Shown: positions 25,620 through 39,300 of the stretch, in pieces
Layout of the letters: the number at the start of each line of letters is the position of its first letter
How positions within the stretch are numbered: position 1 is the stretch's first letter
Origin: Trichoplax adhaerens
Taxonomy: Eukaryota; Animalia; Placozoa
Length of the DNA: 64,000 nucleotides
NCBI RefSeq assembly: GCF_000150275.1
Contig: NW_002060945.1
Coordinates: 1,492,199-1,556,198, forward strand
Reading direction: 5' to 3'
Notes under the pieces: model-generated
Databases searched by the model: none
What the model saw: the letters and a program-made list of their open reading frames with translations, nothing else
Told to the model about the DNA's origin: nothing
Translations under genes and position numbers: made by a program

Positions 25620-26182
25620 TTATTTTATTCTGGACGCCAGTTCTTTTAGATTTCTTTCGTTCTCTTCTATCATGGATACGTTCTTACTACTTTCATCCAG
25701 TAACGAATTAATCTGTGATCTTAATTTCACTGTTTGTTCAGCTTTGTTATATAATGATAGTATATCGGCATCCGATAAATCATTCCGTTGCTTTTCAGTA
25801 AGATCGATGGTCAATGGATCAAAATTAGTTGTATCTATTATAAAAGTAAATATTAATTGATAATCAGTCCTATTCGAGATTTAAGGCTAAAGTCCCTCCG
25901 TACTCTGCAGTATTTTAGATCTTAAAGTGCGCTCGATAGAAACAATCAATTATCATTCATTGACTAATTGAAAGATTTAGGTCATACTGTATACCAAATG
26001 CAAACTTTGAATGAAAAAGCTTACTAACCCTGCCAATTGGAAGGTAACGAGACTAAAACAGCGTCATTCGCCAGTATATTGGTTAAATCTTCTTGCATTT
26101 GCATTACCGTAGGTCTTTGAGGTGGAGAAGGCAGCTCATCAACATCAATTAATGGCTTTAACTTTTTCGATCGAGCAGCCAT
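25620..26182 (-). CDS. C19orf25: UPF0449/C19orf25 family small coiled-coil protein (2 exons)
   Basis: Exon 26029-26182 (MAARSKKVKPLIDVDELPSPPQRPTVMQMQEDLTNILANDAVL...) joins in phase 1 to exon 25620-25834 (...SLYNKAEQTVKLRSQIN...LKELASRIK*). It resembles the recalled LPTRPAPPTVEQILEDV...DPVF and LYQQ...coiled-coil pattern. Confidence 0.7.
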
Positions 26183-26235
26183 GATTTAGAGCAGTCACGA
26201 CAACCATTTATACAGGATCGAACAGGAACAAGGCT

Positions 26236-26490
26236 TGTACACTGTACTCTACTGTACTGTATGTATGTACAGTATCATGCAGACTTGTGATCAAAGTACC
26301 TCACAGTAAAGAGAGAGCGTTTCTCATTGTGAATCCTATATTACAATGGGCTGCATGAGTATGCCCATGGAACAGTAGGGAATTACTGTACACTGTATAT
26401 GCAGTATCCGAAGAAAAGTTTCTACCGTAGTAACTCTACAGTAGTAAGTAGCAGAGACTGTACACTGTACACTGTGTACAGTACTGTAAG
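26236..26490. repeat. TACTG/TACAG motif cluster in the short divergent promoter between C19orf25 and KIAA0825
   Basis: TGTACACTGTAC, ACTGTACTGTATG and CTGTACACTGTACACTGTGTACAGTACTGTA are visible. Confidence 0.75.
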
Positions 26491-26618
26491 GAAGGGCTGG
26501 CAAAGTTTACGTTTGCCCCTGGTGGCTCATTATTCTGGTTGTTAGGTTACGTGCTACTGTACTGACCCGGTAATCATCAGCCCTGGTATAGATCACTGTA
26601 TTGGAAGATAATAATGTC

Positions 26619-29600
26619 ATGGAAACAAGACCCTCTGACGGTCATTTATCTCAGATTATACCTAAGCATTGCTTGGAAAAAGAAATTTCATGACTGCAAG
26701 CGCACTAATTGAGACATTTTAGGTGGTATTAACTATATAATATGCTGAGAAGAGATTGAAGCTATTATTTGAATATCATAGTCTTAGTAGTCGAAGAGAG
26801 AGAGATGTCGCTTAAGAGAAAACAAGCTAGGACGGAATTGGCTAAATATGATATCAATCATGTTTATACACCATCTGAAGTAACTAATTTACCATCCATT
26901 GAACAGTTGGATAAATTAATATCCAGCTTGGATAAAGCTATCGATAACTGCTCTTCTGGGTAAGATTACATAGATAAGAGTAAATTGCAATAGCTGCACT
27001 CTGTAGATGTGTCCAAATGAAGATTGAAGATTTATTATTTATATTGCAATGTCATCACCATCTGTGCTACTTTGTATTTACAATCTTGGACAATCTTGGT
27101 TTTGCTTCTCTGTTGCCTTGAGGAAGGAACAAGCAAGAACGAGTGCATTTATTACGGATGTAGAAGGACTAGTCAACTGAAATAGAGTACATTCGTTGTC
27201 TAGCTTTAGACATCAATTTGATTGCGATTCCTACTTGAAGGGAATTTAGTGCTGTGCCTAGATGATTGAACAAGTGTATAGCATTTCAGCTTCGAACTAT
27301 CTGTAGATTCTCTTGTATAAGTATTACGTTCATGAAATATCTAGCTATTAAATGGAATAACCATTGCAGTTAGAAACTTTCGATTGTATATCTTAGTTAA
27401 TTCACAGATAACTTGAAAAATTCTTCAATAGCTGCTAATCCACTAACTAGTGTCCTTCTCAAACAGTGCTAATAAACAAGTTCTAGCATAGTAGTCGAGT
27501 ATTCTGTACTATCAAAATTGATCTAGCATAATGTTAAATGCATGGCTTAGCTAATATTCAATTGATTTAAAACTTGAATAGCCTTCCATCTTATAGCTAC
27601 GTATCATTAATGTTCAATTAACAATAAACCTAAACATTTAGTGAAGTTATCGCTGGTATTTCTCTGATCAATTTTATTTTTAGTAAATTTGGTCACATTT
27701 TGTAAGCTGAACTATGACTAATTTAAGGGGCATGAAAGACTTTGATGACCCCTAATCTGATAGCTGATAGTCCTTATTATACTCTAGCAACATATTCTAG
27801 CATAATCTATAGATAGACAAAAAGATAAAAATAATAACTGTAGCATTACATTATATGATAAAGTTCTACGAATATGTTAGAACCTAATATCGATCTAAAA
27901 AATCTCTGACTGCCTGTAGACCATTATCATGCGAATAATACGTCTCACTTTGTATTGTATCAAAGAGATCTATAACAGATACAGTAATAGAGATTTAGCA
28001 TTAGGATGTCATATTGTAATTTTGTAAGTGATCGTCTATATACCGTTCTTGTATGCTATTACAACATGAATTAGATGAAGGCAACTATTATATACGCGTA
28101 GTACCTAATGAAGGAAACGTATAGCGAAAACAGTGATCAATACAGTATTTCCCAATTTCAGCTGTTTAATTGAGATTCTAAGATTCACATTACTATGCAC
28201 TGCTATTATTTTCATAAGGTTTCAAAAATTCTTTTTGACTTACTTTAACAGATTAGAGGAACATCGGAAAGCGTTTATGAGTTATAGTACTGCAATCCAA
28301 GATCATGGCAGAAAAATCAAGACCATCCGTGATGTTACTGAATTTGTTCGACATTCCAATTTTATCGAAAATAATACGTGTAATGTCGATCCTCAATTAA
28401 CAGTTACATTCTTAAAAAAATTGGTTAGTATGCAATTCTAATAACTTTCCTGCATGACATCATATAAATTGTATCTACTAAATTACCACTGTAGTGTTCC
28501 TTAGTTAATTTCAAACTGTTACCTTTCGTCTATTATTATAATCGCGTAAATACTTATTACTACCGACTATTATTGATGTAATGATAATTTTTTGATTGGC
28601 TAATGCTCCGTAATATAGAACTTAACTGATAATACTAGAGGATGAAGGTAAACTATTCAATATCATCGATTTTTGACCAGTAGCCAGAAATATTTCTATT
28701 AGTGTCAACACAATTCAAAGATCGTTGAAATTGAGGATAGGTGTTAGTTTTTAGCGAAATATCTGGATTAGCGCGTTAAACTCGCTATCGTGCAAATTGT
28801 GAATATAATATATGATTGTACTGTAAATCCTGTAGTTGTCACTCCAATGACTCTATCTCCAAAATACCTACACGTACGCAATTTCTTTAATAGCAATTCA
28901 CGTCTTTACTGTGTTGATAAAAGTGTTATCTCACTTCTTATCTATAGTATAATACCTTGTTTATACTCATCGTAGTCTTAGACAGCAACGGGATTGTTTC
29001 GTTACTTATAATTACTTTAAGTACGACGCTTACTTGTATAGTGTAAAAAAATCGATGATATAAAACAAGAGTACCAGATAATTGATTAAAATTTTGCGCT
29101 ATATTTATAGCAGGTACTGTAGAATCAACGTTATTATTACTGGAAATTAATAATTCTAACCATTTTCTCAATCATTAGAGAAAATTGTTACGTGAAAATC
29201 GTGGCAATGAAGATGTTGTTCTCAATGATCTTCTAGAATTAGCTGCTGATCATGGTTTATCTATCCCTTCTATCTTGACGGATGAAAATGTCGCTAATGC
29301 GGACACACAATCGCTAAATTCATTAAACACGATTCAGAGTGAAATGGAAAGTGAACAAGGTGTGGTTTGGGAAAGTATCAAGCAGCACTTAAAATTATGT
29401 TTATTTGAGAAGTTACGCCAGTTACCAATTGTCAATGTAAATGAAAATATGCCGAATATGTCATTTATCAGTCAGCGAAGACAACATTATCTAGGTAGTC
29501 TACTAATGTTATTAGATAAAGGTGAAGTATTAGAGCAATATCAGCGTATAAGATGGTGGCAAATGAAACACGTCATTGATAGTATTAACACCAATCCATC

Positions 29601-32600
29601 AGTATTACCTATTAGTGAAGCACAAAGCGGACAACAAACACAAATAGCAAAATTAAAATTCTATTTCGATCATGTAACCAATTGTACACATGAAGATGCT
29701 GCGGTATTAATGCCGCTCTTAAATCAACACGAAGACTTAATCGATTGGTATATTAGAACAACGTATGTGGAAAAATCATTAAATGATGTCCACGATTGGT
29801 TGCAGCATTCCTTAAATGGCTATCTTAATAGTACTGAACAAACAGCTATGGATTTTGACGATTTAGAATTGATATGTGACATATATGCGATTGTATCTCA
29901 ATCTGTTAAGACTATCACCGATATGTTAGAACTATGTGCAGCTGCTGATAAGCAAAGCCATCAAAAGTTATTACTGAGTGCAGGATCTGCCTCGAAATTA
30001 GAATCGCCAACAACTATATTAAGTAGAGTATTTAAACCGTATGTGCAGTTAATGGCTCAAGCTTTAATCCACTACTCGAATATAACTATTGAACAAGCCA
30101 CTCAGGCTGAAAGCCATTTAACATGGGATAATATGACTGTTACTGTCAATGCTACATGTAAGACTTGATTTAAATTCAACTGATCCACTTGATCGTCACG
30201 TTCACTTACTTGAGCTGAATTTAAATTTTTTTATTTCAAAATCTTACGAAATAGATAATCTAGATTCTCATCATCAACCTAAGGTTATCTTTAAGGTTAG
30301 TCGTTAATCATATCAATAATTCTAACCGCCTTTATTGCTAATCACCTATAAATTATATAGATCCATTCATTTGATACATATGATACCAAAAGTAAATGTT
30401 CCTATTGTGTTTGAATAGTTATAGCATTCCGTAAGTACTACACATACTAATTCGATCAATACCTTATACATAGGGCTGCGCTTCATTGTTTAAAATTTGG
30501 GATAAATTTTTACCGATATTAACTAACGATTATGGAAAAATATATACTTCTCTTAAAGTTGTTATTGTGGATGTGGTAGGCGATAAACTCTCAAAATATT
30601 ACGATCATCTTTGGGATGTAAGCTACAATATGTTGTAATTCAAATTTTAAAAGTAGTCTACTAAGAATCGCTTCACTTTTATTATGTAGATTTGCCAAAA
30701 AGCTATTGCTGATATGTCTCCTAGTCCTGCATATTTAGCAATTGCCACTGCTGCTTTTATCAAAAATCGATTATTAACGTTTGATCAAATCCTAAGCACG
30801 GATACTAGGTAAAATTTGCGACATCTTATGAGATGAATAGAAATAATATTTTACATACTTCGCTTTGGTAATAAACACGTATCATTTGATCATTTTTTAA
30901 TGTACAATGTAGGTTGTCGTTCTTTACATCTTATGAGCATTATGCCGATTTAGTAGAATCACTATGCGAGCTAATCGTGGAACATCATAATACGACTATC
31001 TCAACAACAGTCCTTCAAGATTCAGATAGTAACAATTATTCTAATCCAAGAACATTTTATGAGGTATTGCTTCGTATTCTAAAATTGCCAGTCACAGTCT
31101 ACATACTCCTGATATCGCCTACTGTGATTTCAATATTGCTTTAACGACTGCTTGAGGATGCTTTTGATACTTTTTTACAGGGCAAAAGATGTTCTTTCTC
31201 AATTCAAATGTGGAACTACTACTTGCATAGTATTAGACATGATCTGTGGCAATATTGTCCTTTAAAACAAGCACAAAGAATTTTTATATCTGTGTTGGAA
31301 AATTCATTATTGACACTTTCTTTCCGTTATGGTCAAATTAAGCCGTCATTAAGGCGCTTATGCCAATTCAGGTAAGAAATTCTAGTATTTACAGTCAAAA
31401 TGCCTTGCATACCAAACTCTGTCTTGTCTATTACACTAGAAATCAACATTTGAAAATATTACTAAATTTATGTAACATTGCTTCTACTTTTGTATAATTA
31501 TAGAGCCGATATTAACGCAATTATATTAATTTCCTTATCTTTCATTTGGTTTACTGGACAAACTGTGAATTCATTAGTAAATCCAGATTTTCATGCACTA
31601 TCTACAGCTGATTTCAATCCACAATCGGAAATTCCAAAAATATATAACTATTGCAACTTATTGCTAATGATTGTTGTGGCTGAATCTTGTCCAATTGACG
31701 TTTACCCAAAGGCAATATCACGATTCCAGGATGGCTCTAAAATCTCTGGTTCTAATAACATTTGTGGAACATTTTGGCTAAGCAATTACTTACCAGATAT
31801 GTTCAGCTCGATTGAATTGAGGTAATTTTAGGATTAAAGATACTTGCTATAATTTATTAACACCTAAAGTCTGACTTTATTCGGTCATGATTTTGAAAGC
31901 AAGTTTATTGTCTAAAATTTGTAATTTCATCTCTTCTTATGCAGTGATATACCACCACAAGTATCATTGAAGATTGCAATCAAGTTATTGCGCCATCGAA
32001 CTGGTATTGACCTGAAACTAATATTACAGGTGAGAATCTCATCCAGCTTCATAAAATACTTGATATTATTGATTAGTTGTCACGATAGACTTGTTGAAGA
32101 AGAATTTTTTTCTGCCAAAATAATGCATTAGGACCCTGTAAAAATTTTTATCTACCAAATAAAATAATAAAAATAAATCGTCGCTATTTAATTATCCTGA
32201 CAGATTTTACTATCAAATAAATTTTCCGCTTTGAAGCTAATTATAACTGAAACAGGTAGGCCATTATTAAGATCTTGCTGGCAGTAATCATCGATACATT
32301 ATTTTGCTTTACACATTAATTTTCAATCCAAAAGATGTTACTATTTTAATCAATTAATTTCCATATATATCTAAATCTAGATACCGCTGAACTATATAAA
32401 TCTGCGATAGAATTCACACCTCACCATGATGATACGGACGATGCAATGTCGGAAAGCAGTGATATGTCCGTTGAACCTTCAAATGATTTACAAGATTCCT
32501 TTATTGATTGTTTACTATCTGTGCTAATTATATTGGACAGTCATTGTCGTAGCCGGGCAGTTCATGAAGTATTGACTCGCATTGTTGAAAAGTAAGCACG

Positions 32601-34778
32601 ATTTGATTATACCCATAAGATATTTTACCTCTTCTTATCGCAATATGGGTATTTCCCTTACTCAGTGATTATCGATTATACAGGGAAAATGATAAATTAC
32701 CATTATTCTTTGAAAGAAACGTTGACGATATTTCGGTAATAACTTATAATCTAGATGTTGATATTGTTTATGTGATCATGACATGCAATTAAGTTATTTG
32801 ATCGTAGACTAATTTGCTTGAATACCCATATCCTGTGACTTCTAACTTCAGCTTTTAATAACATATGCAGGGAATACACTGGCTGCGAAGCGTTAACGAT
32901 TTTCTTAGCCAATGGTTGTTTAAGTTAGTAAACTATGTATAAGATTATACTATAACATAATCGTTAGGAATAACATCAATTTTAAGGATATGTCAGAACT
33001 GACTTATGATAGTATTAGTATTAAATTTTTACTTGTAACTGACTTACCTCTTCTTACACCTAGCACGTTTATGCCTGCTATCTCCAAGTTGCATGACCTA
33101 CATTCTGAAAGCGATGTAGGCACGTTATCGTCTACCTTACAAACATTACCTTGTGGTTGTCCCATCCAGAAAAGAAAGGCTGATTTCGGTAAAAATTTAA
33201 CTGAATTATTTTATCATTTCAGAACGATTATTTACAATTTTGTTAGTACAGTACGTACTGCATATCACAATACGTATTAACAAATTTTTTCGGGTATCAG
33301 ATTTGGTCCTCTTGGAATCGCTTCATATAGCACTAAGAAGTTTAGCAGATAACCTACCCAGTATGCCAGTTAATATTCTTGAATTTCAAGCATTCCTGAA
33401 AGGTACTGCGATTCTGTTTACAACAGTTGTACGGCATCTTCTATCATCAGTTGCCGACATTTTGTATTAAGAATTTCATTTGCTTTACTAAATAAACTAT
33501 GTTTTGACTAGGTTACTATCAACAGTTTCAAAATGATCAGCAATTAGTGGAAAATGATAAACTTGGATTAAAGGTAGGTTTAAACTGAACATGTACACTA
33601 TAATAAAACGTAAATATTATTAAACCATTTTATACCTATTGATTACTATGAAACTAGAAATAGCTTCTTCATACTTATTACGCTTTCGTATTCCTTATAG
33701 GTTATTAGATACTGCATTCACAATTTCTTAATGCAATTTGCGGTGGATAACCCTAAGTTTGATGATACTAAATGTCAACTGTTTGCAAGCTGCTTCTTGC
33801 ATATCCTCAATTTCAATAACCAAGATATGGTAAATCGCACCCTAGCTGTTGAGTTCCCGTACATCGATCTTAACCTACAAACGTTAGAAGAAGATATAAT
33901 CAGAATTAAGAACTTCTTCGATGGGTATGTAATTAAATAATAAACTTTGCAATAGTAACTGTTGCTTGATAGCTGACCACAGCCTACGTATGTGTTATTG
34001 TTAACTAGTTTTGCGGAATGTAATAAATTTAAATGCTACATAATGTAAAACTATCCTTGTATTATTGAATTATATATGTATCTTTTGATTACTTGCATAC
34101 ATTATTTAGCAAAGTTAAATCGGAAAAAGTCTATGACATCGGTAATAACTTTCAAGATGATTTATTCCTTGCATCCATCATTGAATCGATAGATTTCGAT
34201 GTCACAGGTTAAAAAGAATGATTAAATTTTTAACGTATTGACAATGTAGTTTAAGGAATTTTTATTATTCTTAAATATGCTACATAATTTCTTCTATTTA
34301 GTGGTCACTCAAATACGAACTGTTCATGAGTTCTTAATATCCAAACTGGTAACCAGCGTCTCTAATTAATTTTTGCTAATTATTATGCATTTGTTCTGTA
34401 ATCATTTTAAGTATAATTTGGTATTTTTATTAGGAAATGCTAGAGAATAAATTGCAAATGAAATCGGAGGACAGTAATTCCGAGTTTTACGAGCATCTAT
34501 CGGAACGCTTTAACCCATTCTTTTATTATGATCATATTAAAGATTGGGGTAAATTCAATTACAACAAACTTACTAATTACAAGCACGATTGGGAAACTTT
34601 ATTACAGTACGTATTCCATCTTCCCCATAACACAATCAAAAAATTGCTGTCTGCACGACCAGAATTAGAAGAAGATAGCCTGGATGACGATGGGAAAATG
34701 GCTTGCAAAACTATTAGAGAATTTTTAACTACCTTAAGCCAAGATAGTGACCGTAGTAAACACAACAAGAAGAAATGA
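26619..34778 (+). CDS. KIAA0825: KIAA0825 (DUF4495) family protein, multi-exon; start at either 26619 or 26805
   Basis: Exons include ~26782-26959, ~28252-28422, ~29180-30157 and many short ones. The segment VLQDSDSNNYSNPRTFYE/GKRCSFSIQMWNYYLHSIRHDLWQYCP...QRIFISVLENSLLTLSFRYGQIKPSLRRLCQFR/ADINAII matches the conserved KIAA0825 core. The last exon contains RFNPF and DWETLL. Confidence 0.88.
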
Positions 34779-36387
34779 AGCTCCAAGTGAAAGTTTTCCA
34801 CTATATTTGTAATAATTACTAAAACAAAGAAAGGATTATATTACAAGATTGCAAGATATCTAGTCGATAATTACCAACTGTTATAACGAGTTGAGTCAAT
34901 GAGTTGATATTTTTTGATTTTTTATTGATATGTCGCATCATCTAAATCAATATATCGACTTTTATGTATAATCCAAAATATGGATGTTTAAATTGAAGAC
35001 GCCATATTTGTAGTTTAAAAGCGCAAGCTACTGGAATTATATATATCCTCGCATATTTTTTTTAACACAGATCACAGTTTAAGACAAGCAATAATTAATC
35101 GTAAATAATGCAAATTTAAATTGGACCAAAGCATTAAAAATGTCGATTTAATTGTACACCTATTTCGTTGTTCAAGAAATAACAAGAATTTGCAAAAAAT
35201 CGAATCTTTAATGTAGTAAATACGAGAAAGCCTACAAATAAAAGCATCAGTAACGATCAACTAATAATTAAAATGAAGCAAAGACAATTTTATAGAAATA
35301 ATAAATCACCATAACAATTGCCTGCTGACATTTAAAAAATTTATCAATAAATTCTAATTCCTAACGGCATAAAGTAAGACAAGACATACCGTATAAAGAA
35401 ATCAATAGTGAAATGACCTTGATCGTGGACTACTAGAATTGTATATGCAGTAACCTCAACTAGGTACATGTAATCGGTAAAATTCGATAAGCAGATTTCC
35501 AACTGCAATATTATAATTAATGATCAGCAAGTATAGGCTCGTCTAATGATGCTTACATAAGGAGAGCTTTTACAAATGAGCACAGTTATTCTAGTTACAA
35601 TTGTTTAATGATTTCATAAGTTTAATCTCTATTTCGTTCATGAAAAACAATTGCAAAATTTGACTCGATATGAACGAGATGATCATGAAGGAATCAAATG
35701 TGAAAGGGGAAAAATTTAACTTCTTGCGTCAATTTACCATTAGTAATTTTGGTAATTTAACTTACATGATGGCCCACATTAGAATATATGGAACCAAGTC
35801 TGCACAACTGGTGTTAATAGCAGGTTAAAATTAGCAAAACAAGAATGCAAATAGTGGCGTACAAAATTAAATTCAATAATCCTATTTTGACTGCTATAAA
35901 TACTGTACTTGCTAAATACACGTTTTACAAGTAAATTAAAGTTATTTTTTTTCAGGGCTGATTTCTTAATTTGTTAGCTCACGTACAAGGAAGATAAATA
36001 TCTAGCCACAATAGCTAAAATTTATATCCAGAAAAAGTAAAATGTATTCTTAAAGTCAGTTAATGAATAATCTAGTAGCAATTTCATAGATATCCATGAC
36101 ATAACATTCATCACTATTAAGCATGAATCAATCATTATACTCTAATTTATGGCGCCAGAAACAGATTTATACCGCGTGATAATTATTAATCAATTAATTA
36201 CTGTGCAAAGGATTTACCACAAATGTAGAATTATAGACATACGAAGTAAATATCTATCTTGAACGTGATTGTCAGCAGAATACGATTAAAAAGTTCACGT
36301 TGAACTGTACAGTACTTTCTACTGTCGGGTAAAATGGCATATCGAGAAACCTAGTCAATATTTATTATAAATTAATTTGGCCTTTCT

Positions 36388-39300
36388 TTACGTTAAACGA
36401 GGTTCAAGTTGCAATGATAATTCAAATAATTGTTTGTCGCAGTTAATTGGTTTAGCATTTAAAATATATTTCATGACCTGTAACGAAAGACACAATAGCG
36501 TTAATTTAAAAATTTATACATTTCAACAGAATAAGTCGAGGGCAATTGCTACATAGTGATACTCGACTCAGAAATATTTAAATTGGCATCATGAAGTACC
36601 TTTGGTAAGCATCGCATACGATATGGAGTTCCTTGATAGATCCTAATCTCTTCAATGAGGTGTGCAATCTGTGACACGATTATAAATATCTATCAGTTTA
36701 AAAGCGAGCGAACTACTTTCTAGGTAAATCCTAATCTTTTGATATCGAGCATAGTTTGTATAAACTTGTATTTATAAATTGTGGTCTCACGATCAGTTAG
36801 AAATTAAACAAGCAAATTATAGACAAAATCAAATCCCCAGTTTAGTGGTACGTAAAGTATACACTTCACAACCGATTTCCTGTATCAAGGATAGCAGTAA
36901 AGTATTTCAATGCTCTATACAATCACTGTTAGAATTGGAAGTTAAATAAACTGGTTTCTTTCTAAATATTACAAACAGATTATAATATGGCATTATTATA
37001 CGAATTTTTATCAAATAATAAATATTAATAGAAAGGATAATATCAGATAGCAAAGTATACTCAATCTACTACCTTCTGCAGGAAAGCTAGGTATTAATTA
37101 ATAAAATGATGAAGGTATATGAAATGTTGCTTACCATTCTTAGCTTGGAAAAGTTAATCAACTGATCATCAGTTTCTGAAGGATTAGCTTCTTCCATGAA
37201 TGTCAAATCGGATAGATATAACCCAAGATAGGGTACACATGGTGGTTGACAGCTAGATCATATTAAGACTGACATCATTACCAAGGATATGAACAATTAC
37301 AGTAAAAGGATAGGTGGTGATTGAAACAATCACATCAAGCTCCTAATTACTTACCATCGCAAAGCCTCTTTTACATTTTTAAATCGTCTATCAGCACTGG
37401 CTAACTCTTCCAATCGTTTGATAATTAACTTTTCCTATTGATTGATAGAATAGATAGCTATTGATTACTATTTTTCAATAATATTATTTACCGTTTAAAA
37501 ATCGAATAATGCAGCAAAAGAATACTATAAAGGATTTCAAAATAAAAAAATTTGCTAAAAATAGAATAGAATGAAGTATTTAGGTAGTATATTTACTGTC
37601 AGCCAATGTTAGCTATCATTAAAAGCTACAAGAAATCATCAAAATGGCTTTATCGAAATAATATAATCATTGAACAAGGGGACATGATCACCTGCTTTGA
37701 CACTTTTTCCCATGTTTTCTTTAATCTATGAATGCTACTATTGGTAAGAGCAGCAACAATAGCCATAACAGTGTTGAAATTATTCATACAGCGGCAATTA
37801 TTGGCAATTTGAGCCCATTTCTCAATTACAGCAGCGCGAGCAGCAGGTTGAGAACGGTTTAAGATTTCAGTAGCTACCAAACGACTAGTCTATTAACAAA
37901 AATCGATCCTTTAAGTATTTCAATCATGTAATAGCATGTTTCTTGACTTATATCATATTATAGCTAAATATTAATAATGTAGATTCTTCATTAATCCATA
38001 AATTTTTGCTAGAATGGAGATAAACATCTCTATCTCTAATACTACAGCGGATTCCTGATAGTTGTAATATATAAGTATGCTAATCATTTAACAGTTTTTT
38101 CACTAAAGGTATGATGCTATAGTAAGCGTCGAGATATTTTATTATCGATGTAGATTCTTCACAGACTCATGAAAGATTCCTACATAGTATGAGAAGAGAC
38201 ACTATATTTTTTACTTGTAGCGTAAAATTATTATATTTTCATGAAAGCCTGCCGCCAATATAAAAAGAGACGCCGCAAGTTTACTGGCTTTAAATGGTAA
38301 AATTTTTTCAAAGTATTGTTCAATTATAATCAGTTTAGTTAAGTCTAAAAATGGTCGACTATAGTAGCGATAAATTAGAGAATCTACAACTAACGAAACC
38401 AGTGGTTAAATCCCTATAAATATTGACTTACATGATTAAAGTAGTGGATTGCCCGAAGAACGTTTGGTGCTTTAGTATCACGATCACCTTTCATCCAAGA
38501 TTTTTGGAGCAGTTCACTACTCAATATCAGATTAAAATTTAAAATAGATATTAAGCCTTATTCTGGCCTTAAATATAGAATTATTTATATTATAAATCAA
38601 GTTAAAACCTATATTCGATTTCTAATAGTCTTTGATAAGTAACATTAAGACATATTCTTTATTTTACACAACATCGGTAATAGTTATTCTGACATTAAAA
38701 GGCTCGAATTAGGATATTTAATATAGTAACTGAGGCATTGCATGAGTATACATATATAAAATGCATATGAACTGTATACTATTAATTATAAATTTGTAAA
38801 TACAATATTACTGCTTAATGATCTCATTTGGATGATACAAACCCTGAACCGATTGCTGCATAGATATAATAATGCAAAAGACACATTTGTTCAGCCATTT
38901 CAAGAACAGGAATCTCATCAAGTGTTGTATCCTCCACCTATAATAGTTTAATTTTAGCACAAACTTAATTAACATCCTATAGTTGGAATACCAAAACATG
39001 GCTTTAAAATATCGATATCGCTAAAGAGATACACAAAAATTATAATTCACTTACATCTGATGTAACATTAAAGCGCTTTTCAAGTGACATTATAGCATAA
39101 ATGCTGACATCTTGAGAGTTCATAATTCTATTAAGAACCATTAATTAGTCAGATACAGGAAAAACACGGAATTTAGCCATCGTTGATTTACTTGTATAGT
39201 AACTTTGATATCTTCTATTTACTTACTTGATCATGGCCTTTGGTAGTTTATCTTCTAAGCCGATTGTGCTAGCATCATTGCAAGCATCGGTTAGAAATTC

